From Candidatus Lindowbacteria bacterium RIFCSPLOWO2_12_FULL_62_27 (lineage in GTDB: Bacteria; Lindowbacteria; 2-12-FULL-62-27), in NCBI GenBank assembly GCA_001784175.1, contig MFPR01000014.1, positions 55,797 to 75,796 of the forward strand: 20,000 bases of DNA. Direction: 5' to 3'. Below, one piece after another: positions 6,381 through 18,300 of this stretch. How positions within the stretch are numbered: the first letter of the stretch is position 1; each line of letters opens with the position of its first letter. Made by a program: the position numbers and the translations under genes. Below the pieces are notes generated by a model. It searched no databases. It had not been told where the DNA came from and was given only the letters and a program-made list of their open reading frames with translations.

Positions 6381-9300
6381 CTAGCCACCGCCAGCTTGTC
6401 GACGAGTTTCGTGCCGGGCGTTTCGAGGATGTAAATGTAAACTCCCGACCCGACTTTCTGGCCAAACCGGTTGGTCGTATCCCAGATGACCAGATTGGAT
6501 CCGGGATTTCCCTGGTGCTTGAATTCCCGCACGAGCCGGCCGCCGACATCGTAGATTTTCAAAGTCACGTCACCGGCCACCTGCAGATTGTATTTGAACG
6601 TCATGCTGCCGGTTGTACCGTCCGGCCCGGGATTGGGGTATACGAACGTCTGGCTCTTGTCGAGATTGGGCGACAAAAACGCGCCCAGATATTCGGGCAA
6701 TCCCACCGCGACTGTCAGTTTCAACGACGATCCGGCGGCAAGAACGGCGGACGAGGATTTGCGCAGATTCACCGGCCCTTGCGGCAAACCCACGAGATAG
6801 GCGCCGTATTTTTCCGGCACGGATTCAAGATTGTTCCAATTTAACAGGATGTTGTCCTTCAAATCGCTCGACACACCCAATGACCAGCTCCTGGCGGTTG
6901 TCACCGGTTCCGCGTAGGCCGCCGCGAGTCTGTTGCCGTTCTCTGCCACAACTCCAAGCGAGACAAAATTGCTAGCCACCGGCGGCGGCTCGTATCGTTC
7001 AGCGGCGGTCGCTTCTTCCGCTTTTGAAACGACGCCGATATAATTCTGAAAATCCTGCATGCCGCCGGCCGCGGCGGTAAGTTGGATCGTCCAGTTCTGG
7101 TCCGACGCGGCATCCTGCTGATAGACCGCCGACAAAAGTTTAGGCGCCTGATTGAGAACCTCGGCGGCCGTTTCGGGTGGAACGGATGGGTTGGGATAAA
7201 TCGTCATGTTGCAGGCTTTTTTCGCGTACATAAAAAATCCGACCGTCGGTTTCAAATGTATTGCCGACAGGGATGGCCGATTGATATCCGGACCCCAAGT
7301 ATAGTCACTTGATCCGTTCCACCAATAGACAGCATTCTGGATTAATCCGGCGGCCTCGGCCTTGGCCGGCGTTAGTTTTTTGTCGCCGGTATCAAACCGG
7401 ACATCCGAGTCCCAGCTCACATAGAAATACTGCCCGCTGCCGACCTGATGCCAACCAGTCTTGAGGGCCACCGTTATGGTGTCATAACCGGCGGTTCCCT
7501 GGAAATCGATCGTGCCGCTCGCATTTTGCGGATCAAAGATCCAGTACCCGCGGCCGCGAACCAGCGCGGAGGGCGTGACATAGTCGCGTTCTCCTGCCGC
7601 CGTTCCCGCATCCTGATTCCATTCCCCGATGTTGGAGAGCGGAAATTTGGCTTTGATCGCATTCTGAACATCCGCGACCGTCAGCGACTTGTTGGGCGCG
7701 ATCATCTTGAACACCGACTTGGATATCTCGAGTCCGTCCGCATACGCCACAAAAGCATCCTTGAGCGCGGAGTTCGACGCAACGGTAACAGCGACATGGT
7801 AGGGTCCGCGACGGGCGCCGAGCGTCAGCGTGTCACAGGCCATCCCGCTGTTGTCCGTGATGACGGTACTCAGCGCCAGACTCGCTCCCGCGCCGCCCGC
7901 GGGGACGGCGATCGAGAACGTCACGGCCTGGCCCGGGACGGGATTACCGGTGTCGTCTTTCAACACGACGCAGAGCGGGCTTGGCAAGATTGTGGAGTGC
8001 GTGCCCAACTGGTGGTTGTTGAGAAGAATGATCTTTGTCGGCAACCCCGGAACCGCAACCCTGAACCGCCTCGACGTAGAGTTCAATCCGACATTCCGCA
8101 ACCGGTCAATGGCCCGGACACGCCAGTAATACGTGCCGTCGCTAAGATTGGCCACGGTGTCGCTCGTCCTGCTTGCAGAAACCGTGTCAGCAAACAGCAA
8201 ACTCGAAAATGTCGGTGAGCTTGAAAGCTCCAACACGTAAGAATCGATCCCAACACTATCGGCAAGATTCTTCCACGACAGAACCGGTCTCGATGTCGTC
8301 GTTTCCTGTTGATCCGCCGGCGAGGCCAACTCCACCCTGTCGGCGTGGGTGTCCAGCAGAAAGACGCGCACGGCGGTATCGACCTTCCCGACCCGGTCGC
8401 GGCCGATGACCCGCCAATAGAATGTGTCCTCGCTTGAAATCCTTCTGACGATGCTTGCGGCGCTCGTATCCACCACGCTGTCTGTGAGGACGGAGAAAGA
8501 CGCCGCGTTCGACATCTGCCAAGTATACGTCTCGGCGTCGTCCGTCGACCACGAGAACGTCAAAATGGCCGACGTCGTTTCCAATCCGTTGCCGGGCGAG
8601 GCAAGAATAATCTTCACGCCGGTATCAAACCGGAAGGCAAAGGTCGTCGAGTTAAGACCAATGTTTTTCAGATGATCCACCGCGCGCACGCGCCAGTAAT
8701 ATGTATCCTCCTCGGTCAACGCCGGTACCGTATCGGTCGTCAGCGAGCCGCGGACGGTATCGACAAAGACAAACGACATAAACGCGGATGTCCGGGAAAC
8801 TTCCACGACGAAACTGTCGATCCCGACACTGTCCGACACACTCTGCCATGTGAGCGCCGGCTTGGTATCCACGATCGCAACCCCGTTTGCGGGCGATACC
8901 AGCGTCACTTGAACGACAAACGTGTCGATGACCAGGCCGCGCGGCGACGAGTAGGAACTCAGGTTTCCGAGTTTATCGATGGAACGAATGCGCCAGTAAT
9001 AGGTATCGTTGGCAGACAGGATGAGCGTGTCGCTGGTCCGCGTGCCGACGATGGTATCGGCGAATACAAGAGATGAAAACGAAGGAGTCAGTGACACCTC
9101 AATCACGTAACTGTCGATGCCCACGCCGTCGATGACGGCGCCCCAGCTCACGACCGGTCGGACGTTGGTCGTCTCGTGGCCGTCGGCCAGCAGCAGAGAC
9201 GAAACCGCCGCCGCATCCGTATCGACAACCAGCCGGCGGGACGGCGGCGAATCAAGTGTGTTTCCGAGTTTGTCGATTCCTCGCACTCGCCAGAAGTACG

Positions 9301-12300
9301 TGTCGTTATACAGGCCGGTCAGCGTGTCGGTCGTGCGGTTTGAAGCCACGGTGTCAACGAACACCAGCGTCGAAAACGCCGTTGTCTTGGAAACTTCAAC
9401 AACGTAGAAATTAATACCGACACTGTCGGCGAGAGAGAACCAACTGACAACCGGTTTGACGTTCGTGGTTTCATGCGCATCGGCCGGCCGGTCCAGCAAA
9501 ACCTGCCCGGCGGATGTATCGACAACAAACCCTCGTGCCTGGGAATTGGCTCCAATATTTCCAAGCCGATCTATGGCTCGGACACGCCAGAAATATGTGT
9601 CATTATAAAGGTTCGACAGAGTGTCGCTGGTTCGCAGTCCCGAAACGGTGTCAGTAAAAATGAGAGCGGTGAATAACGTAGATTTGGACACTTCGACGAT
9701 GAACGAATCGATGCTGACGCTGTCTGCGAGGGCAACCCAGGACACAAGCAGTTTAGTGTTCGATGTTTCATACCCATCTGCCGGTGAAAGAATCGAAACC
9801 TGTCCTACAGACGCATCCAACATCACCGAGCGCGCCGCTGTCGTATCAACGGCGCCGTATGTGTCCTTCGCAATGACTCGCCAGTAAAATGTGTCCTCGT
9901 AGGGCAGATTTCGCACAAGAGCAGTTACTTTTGTATCGACCACGCTGTCTGCGGACGTAGAAAACGACGATGTCCTAGAGAGCTGCCAGGTGTAGGTTTC
10001 CGCCGTTGGAGAAGACCATTCAAACCTTAGCCATATCGAATTAGTCTCGTATCCGCTCGCGGGTGATATGGCGGTGACTGACACAACCGTACTTACCTTC
10101 GTGCCTTTCGTGTCGGTGAAAAACGATTGATTCATCCGCGTGGCGGCGTCAAATGAAGTGAGTCTATAAAAATAGGTGTTCCCAGCGGCGACTGCGGTGT
10201 CGATCCAGCTTGTGTCCGACGCACCCGCCGTCCAAACGAGATTGGCCGGATTGGCCCAGTTGTTGGTATCCGCCACATTGGTCAACCTGTATATGTTTAC
10301 GCCGGCGTGTCCCACGGATCCGCCGTTGGTTTCTTCATTGACTGTCGGAATCGTCCATGTAATTTGAATCTGGCCGGCGGTGACTGTATCAAGGATCACA
10401 GTTGCCGGAGGCGCCGGCGCGGTGGTGTCGGCGCCAGCAGATGTGTCTGCGGGACCGAGACGATAAGGCACATACGTGACAGAACCCCCTGCAGCGTTTT
10501 TCAATCGATTGGCTATCGCCAGCTCGTCGGTAGTGCTCCACCAGTTTCTGCTAAAATTCACTGTTTGGTTTGTTCCATTGAACACACCGCTGTCCCTGTT
10601 CACCGACGCTGGGGTAATGTTATTTTTCACGATTGTGTTGGCGGTGGATGTTCCATCCAAATAGAACTGATATCCACCATTAGAATCTGATGCATTTTGA
10701 ACAAAAACATTCGTTTCTGCGGAACTCAAATAGTACCCATGACTGAAATTGCTCGTGCTCGAGTTGTTGGAAAGAACATTTGAACTGGAGGTTGACAACC
10801 ATACCCCGAAATACGCGTTCTGATGGGCCCGGTTATTGTCCAATTTGTTGTTATTGCTTGCGCCATTCAGAAAAAAGCCGTATTGGGCGTTGCCTGCACT
10901 GTAATTGTCCATTAAAATATTGCTCGCGCACGAAATATTTAGAATAAATCCCGCCGCACTATTTCCAACGCTTTTGTTATTTTTTAGGATATTACTGTTC
11001 GCATTTTGCAAGAGAAAGCCGTAGGCGAGATTGTTTGAGCAGGTGTTGCCAATCAATGTGTTCATATTACTGTACGCGTTCAAAAAGATGCCGGAATTTG
11101 AATTGTCCACAACAAGGCAATTAATAATAGAATTCGAATCCGAATTATTGGTCAGGGTAATTCCCAAATCTCTGCTCAAACGAACCGTCACATTCTCCAG
11201 AGTCGAACTGTCAACGTTTACCCATTCGATACCGGCATGGTAATTGCGTATCCCAAGGTTCTTGACCAGAAGTCCTGATTGGGTGTCCGCAAATATTCCC
11301 TTGCGGCCCAAACTGCTATCGCCCCCCTCTAAAATTGTCGATGCCGAGTCCACGCCGATAATCGATATTCTATTTGTATCGATCACAATTGTTTCCGAAT
11401 ATATTCCGGCATCCACAAATATCGTGTCCCCCGATTTGGCTTTTTGAAGTGCTTTGGCAACGGATCGATATGGTTTCGAAGGCGAACCCTCGCCGCCAGT
11501 GTCAGATCCGAAAGCATAGGTGTAAGAATCTTCTACCACGTAACTGTCATTCACGTACCACTTCGGACCCGCATATGGGGCTGGGGTAGTGATCGCAAAT
11601 GTCTCTTCGGGCGCCCACACCGACCGCATCATGCCGCCGTCGACAGCCTGGACGGACCAGTAGTAGGCGCCTGCCGGCAAGGATCGGATGAGATAAGCGA
11701 AGGTGTCGTTCTGCACATTGCCGAGGATGGTGTTGCCGATTGAATCAGAGCTGTTGGTATCGGCGGCGACGATGTCGGCTTTGCCGGGGGCGGAACCGAC
11801 TCGCAGGTTGTACGTCATGGCATTGGCGGACGTGGAGTCGGTGGTGACTTTGGACCATGTGAGTACCATGGTATCACCCTGTAAAAACGATACGCCCTTT
11901 GGACTCAACAATGTCGGCATACTTGGTCTAATATTCATTGAACCGTTGGCATCGTTACGAAAGAGAATCAATCGATATGTTCCTGTACTTGATTGTCCAG
12001 AAACCGCCAAATCAAGGTCGCCGTCATTGTCGTAATCACCCCACTGAATTGAACTGTAATCGACACCTTGATTGACGCCCATGGGCTCTGCAACGTTTGT
12101 AAAACTATCGATTCCGTTATTCCTATAAATAATCACTCGCCTGCTTCCAGAGGCGGCAAGGTCAAGGTCTCCATCGTTATCGTAATCACCCCACTGAATC
12201 GAGCTATACGCAAGACCCACGTTCACGCCCAACGGTTCCAACACATTGATGAAATTATCACCGCCCGAGTTTCGAAATATAATAAACCGTTCACCACTTG

Positions 12301-15300
12301 TTATGCTGCGTCCGGAAACCGCAATATCCAAATCGCCGTCGTTATCGTAGTCACCCCACTGGATGGATCCATCATATACCCCCACACTGGCCCCCATTGG
12401 TTCAGCAACCTTTGCAAAACTATCGCCACCATTATTTCTATAAATGATGAATCTATAGGATGCACCATCATATCCAGAAACGGCCAGATCAAGATCACCA
12501 TCTCCGTCATAGTCACCCCACTGAATAGAACTCTCATCAAGACCTGATCCCGCGCCCATTGGTTCTGCCACTTTTGTGAAGGTCGTATCACCATTATTTC
12601 GATACAGGACCAATCGTCTGACTACTCCATCGAACCCAGAGACAGCCAAATCCAGGTCACCGTCATTATCGTAGTCACCCCACTGAATTGACCCTTTGTC
12701 GACCCCTCCCATACCGGGACTTGTCGGTTCGACGGCGCTTGTAAAACTACCCCCACCACTGTTTCTGTAGATAACCAATCTTCTGGTTGAATTATCATCA
12801 AACCCCGAAATGGCCAGATCAATGTCTCCATCGTTGTCATAGTCGCCCCACTGGATCGAACTCCTGTCTACACCTCCACCAGGTATCAAGGGCTCGGCCG
12901 CATTTGTAAAGCTACCGACGCCGTTATTACGAAAAACAATCAAGCGTCGATACAGCCCATCCTGTCCTGATATCACCAAATCCAAATCCCCATCTCTGTC
13001 GTAATCACCCCACTGAATAGATCCGTCATACACTCCTGAGCCGGCTCTGACCCCCATCTCCGTGTCTAGTGTAAAGCCAGAAGGCTTGGCTGATACGATG
13101 CTGTCGGAGTAAAAAGATTCATTCGGAATGGTAGCACTATCCCTGGTGGTAATCCTGTAGTGGTGCGCCATACCTAGTGTTGCGGTTGTGTCTGTATAGG
13201 TTTGTCCCGAACTTGTTCCAATCCGAATCCAGCTCGACGTATCCACCATCGGCGCGCGATAAACTTGATACTGGTATACGGCTGGCACACCCGTGACACC
13301 TTCTTCATTCGCCGACACAGACGACCAACTCACATTCACCTGCCCCGAACTCTGCGGTGCTGTCGCCACTACCGTGTCTGGCGCTTTGGGTGCAACCGTG
13401 TCCACTCCTAGCGCTGTGTCCACAGGCCCGAAACGATAGGGAAGAAATGACGAGGCCGTATCCCTGACCCTTGCCGCTATGACTGACTCATCCGTCGAAC
13501 CATACCAGTTACGCGCGATGTTCTGCACCAACCCAGACGAGTTGCCGATTGCGGCGATCGTGTTGTTGTAAAAGTTGTTCTTGGCAATCGTATTGTTCCT
13601 TGTCGTTCCGTACAACCACACGCCGGAGTCGCCGCCGGCGACGTCGTTTTGCGCGATCGTGTTCGTATCGGCATTATAAATAAATGCGCCGGCCCGGGTG
13701 TTGGATGCGATGCGGCAATTCGAGACCAGGTTGTCGTTGGAGGAGCCGCTGATATAGACACCGTAGAGCGAATTCGTCAGGATCGTATCGCCGATGATGC
13801 GGTTGCCGCCTGAACTACTTTCGGCCGCGATGCCGTATTGGGAATTGGAACTTGCGGTATTGTTGATGATGGTGTTGGCTGTGCAGGAGGATATCAGATT
13901 AATGCCCACAGAGTTGCCTGTGGATGAGTTATTTTGAATCAGGTTGGAGCTCGAACCCGATACGATGTAAATGCCTCTATAGGTCGAGGAGATGGCGTTG
14001 CCTTGAACGACGTTGTTCGACCCGGCCTGCAATATAATGCCGTCGCTTGTCGGCCCACTCACCGTGTTGACCGTTACTGTGCATCCTTGGCCGTAGTACA
14101 GCCCGATCCCCCAGTTGCCGTTCGACGCGGAGGTGTTGCCGGAGACGGTGTTGTTCCATCCGGACACAAAAATGCCGTTGGTGCCGTTGGATTTCGTGGT
14201 GTTGCCACTCACCAGGTTACTCGAGCCGTAGAGATGGATTCCGGAGCTGTTGGCCATCGTGCCGTTCGTGTTAAAACTACCGATGTTGTTCGTCAGGGTA
14301 TTCGAATCGCATCCGTTCAGGAGATATATCCCGTTGTTGGTGGAGCTTACGCTGTCCGAGACGATGGCCGACAGATCGACATTCAGGAAATGAATTCCGA
14401 TGAGCGCGCCTGTCACGCCAATGTTTTTGACGGTCAGGCCGACTTGGGTGTCGGCATAAATGCCGTAGAGACCAGAAACTGAACTATCGCCGGGCGGGTC
14501 GATGACCGTGGCGCCGGAGTCCTTGCCGATCAGCGAAATATAATCGGTGTCGATGACGACAGTTTCCGAGTAGAGGCCGGCGTCAACGTAGATCGTGTCG
14601 CCAGACTTGGCCTTTGACAGTGCTTTGGCGATCGAGCGGTAGGGGAACGTCGAAGAACCATTGCCAAGCGTATCGGACCCGGCCGAATAGGTATAAGAAT
14701 CCGCCGCAGTATACTGATCGTTCACAAACCATTTCGGGCCGCTATAGGAAGAAAGGACGATAAACATTTCGGGCGCGGGCCACACGGATCGTTGCATGCC
14801 GCCGTCCACCGCTTGGGCGGACCAGAAATATTGGCCGTGGGGGAGATTCTTCAAAGATGCCGTCGTACCGTTCTGGACATTCCCGAGGATTGTGTTTCCG
14901 ATGGAATCAGATGAATTTGTATCTGCGGCGGCAATATTCGTGCTTAGCACAGTGGTGCCGACCCGAATATTATAGGTCTGAGACGCCACGGGTGTTGCAT
15001 CTCCCAGCGCGGAGGTCCATGCAAGTGTTACCGTATCGATCTGACTGAAGGTCGTACCTTTCGGAGAAACAAGAGTTGGCGCCGGCGGTCTTACGTTGGA
15101 AGGACCAGTTAAATCGTTGCGATAAACTACGAGCCTGTACTGCGATGTCGCGGAGTTATAACCGGCGGCGGCAAAATCAAGGTCGCCATCATTGTCGTAA
15201 TCGCCCCACTGGACGGATGAATTCCCATTACTGCCATCGACCCCGGCGTTTACTCCCATGGGTTCAGCAACATTCGTGAAGTTGTCTGATCCATTGTTTC

Positions 15301-18300
15301 TGAAAACTATTAATCGTGAAGAAGATGGACCATAACCGGAAACGAGCAAATCAAGATCTCCGTCGTTGTCATAGTCTCCCCACGCAATCGACGATCGCTG
15401 AACGCCGGTGAGGCTTGCCACATTGGTAAAAGTATTTCCGCCGTCATTTCGATAAATGATCGTTGATGCGCCACCCGGCTGAGCGAATCCGGAAACCGCC
15501 AAGTCCAAATCACCGTCGTTGTCATAGTCTCCCCACTGGATTGATGACAACTGCAGCCCGCTTGTAGATCCACCCAGCGGTTCCGCAACATTTATAAATG
15601 TTTCTCCGCCGTCGTTTCTATAGACGGTCAATCGATAACTGGTTGAGTTGTCCAATCCGCTAACTGCAAGATCGATGTCACCGTCGTTGTCGTAGTCACC
15701 CCACTGGATTGAACCCTTATATACGCCAACATTGACCCCCATGGGTTCTATAGCACTTGTGAAAGTACCGCCCCCGTCATTCCTATAGATAATCAGACGC
15801 GGCGATGTTGAGTTAATGGGCAATATCGTTCCAGAAACTGCAAGATCGAGATCGCCGTCATTGTCATAATCACCCCACTGTATAGAAGCATAGATGAGGC
15901 CTCCCCCTTCCCAAACATTCGTAAATGTTCCACTGCCATCATTTCGAAAGATGGTTAATCTTAGGCCTGATCCAACCCCGTCTCCCGCGACAGCCAAATC
16001 AAGATCCCCGTCTTTATCATAGTCACCCCATTGGACCGAACTTTGATGTACGCCCGCATTTGCCCCCATCGGCTCTGCGGCATTTGTGAATGTCCCGGCG
16101 ACGTTGCGATAAATGATCAGCCGGGCGCCGGATCCGGATGTGCCTGAAGTGACCAGATCCAAGTCACCGTCGTTGTCATAATCTCCCCATTGAATTGAGG
16201 CACTAAAAAATCCCGTTCCGGCTCCATACGGTTGTGCAACCAGTGTCCACACGGAAGACGAGGCACTTGCTGCAGCTTGAGTCGTATCCGAAAAAAAGCT
16301 CTGGTTCACAGGCGATCCTGCGTCATAAGATGTCAGTCGGTAGTAATAGGTATTTCCCCCTGTAACCGCATTGTCATTCCATGTGGTTTCCGTCGAGGTC
16401 GCTGTATATACGAGATTGGCGCCGTTAGCCCAGTTGGTAGTATCAGCCAGATTCGTCAGGCGATAAATCTTCGCCCCGCTGTAAGCGACCGCGCCCCCGT
16501 TCGTTTCTTCGTTGATCGTGGGTATAGTCCACGAGACTTTGATTTGTCCTGCGGCACTTGCGTCAAGCGTGACATTGGCTGGTGGGGCAGGGGCGGTCGT
16601 GTCTACTCCTGCAACTGTATCTACGATACCCAATCGGTAGGGAATGAAGAATACGGAGTCGCCGTTCGATTCTTGATAAATCTTACGCTTGATGGACACC
16701 TCGTCCGTCGTGCCCCACCAGTTGCGTATGAACGAGAATCTGTTTCCTGTGACGGTCGATGCGACGTATACACCGCTGTCCGGATTTTCCGGGGTGGTTC
16801 GGATGATATTTTTTTGGACAGTATCAGAGTGCGATGCTCCCACAATTTTGAATTGCCACAGGCGATTTGAATCAAGCGTGTTCTGGACGAAAACATTCTT
16901 GTTGGATGCGTTCAATAAAACGCCGTGCGAATTGTTGAAGCTGACGTTGTTTGAAAAGAAATTATTATCCGAGGAACCAAGTGCGATTCCTTCGGGATTA
17001 CCGATGACACTATTGCCGTGGAATACGTTGTTGCTGTTCAGATAATCGAGATAAATCCCGTATGTCCCGTTTGAGGTAAACGTGCTGCCCAGGACCGTAT
17101 TGTTGTCGGAATACGAAAGACGCATGCCGTCTTGGGAATTGCTCGTGGATTGTGAATTCTGAACCAATACGTATGTACAATGGTCTAAATCAATCCCAAT
17201 CTGTTCGTTACCGGTACTGACGCACTTTTCAATTGTGTCCGCCGAGGAGTAATAAGCATAAATCCCAAACCCACAGTTGCGAGTAGTTATATTTTCAATG
17301 CTGGATCGCGATACGTTGTCCAGGCGAATACCGTAGAATCCTCTTTGAATGAGAAGATTGCTTATTCTGATGGCAGAACGATTGGCCGCATATATGACCT
17401 TCAAATTCGATCCGGAACTGCTGTCACCGGCGTCGATGATTGTACCTGTCGGACTTGAATCGACTCCAATAATCCATATGGAATCGATACCGATCGTGAA
17501 GGATTCGGGATAGTGACCCCGGTCGATAAGGATCGTATCGCCCGCTTGGGCAAAGCTCAGCGCCTTGGCCGCCGTTCGATATGGTGAATTCTTCGTGCCG
17601 GTACCCGACGTGTCCGAACCACTGGCATACGTATACGAGTCCGACCCGGACACGTATGTATCATTCACAAACCACATTGTTTTCTGGGCATATGCAGTTT
17701 TCGTGTCGGAATTGAAGAAAGACTGATTTGTAATGGATGCCGAGTCGAACGAGGTTATCCTGTAGTAATAATTATTGCCGGTGGTGACGGTCGTATCGAT
17801 CCACGACGATTCAGAGGCTGTGGCAACATGAACCAGATTGACAGTATTCGCCCAGTTTGACGTGTCAGGCAAATTTTTCAATCGATAAATTTTAGCGCCT
17901 GTGTATCCGACAACACCGCCGTTGGTTTCTTCAGTCGTCGAAGGCCCAGCCCACGTCAATTGGATGGACCCGTCCGATGTGGCGGTAACCGTGAGCACCG
18001 GCGGAGCCGGCGCGGTTGTGTCGGCGCCCTGGGTGGTGTCCACCGTCCCGAGTCGATACGGTATGAAGACAATAGAGTCAGCACCCGTGGGAGCGCCACT
18101 CACCATTTTCTTAATCTTTATTTCATCGGTTGTATTCCACCAGTTGCGGGTGAAGGTGAATTTGTTAGCCGCGGCCGTCGAAGCATTGTACACTCCGCTG
18201 TCAGGATTGGTTTGCGAGGTATTGATATTGTTCTTTTGAATCGTATCACTTGAAGACGCGCCATCAAGATAAATTTGATATTTGACATTTGAATCCAATG

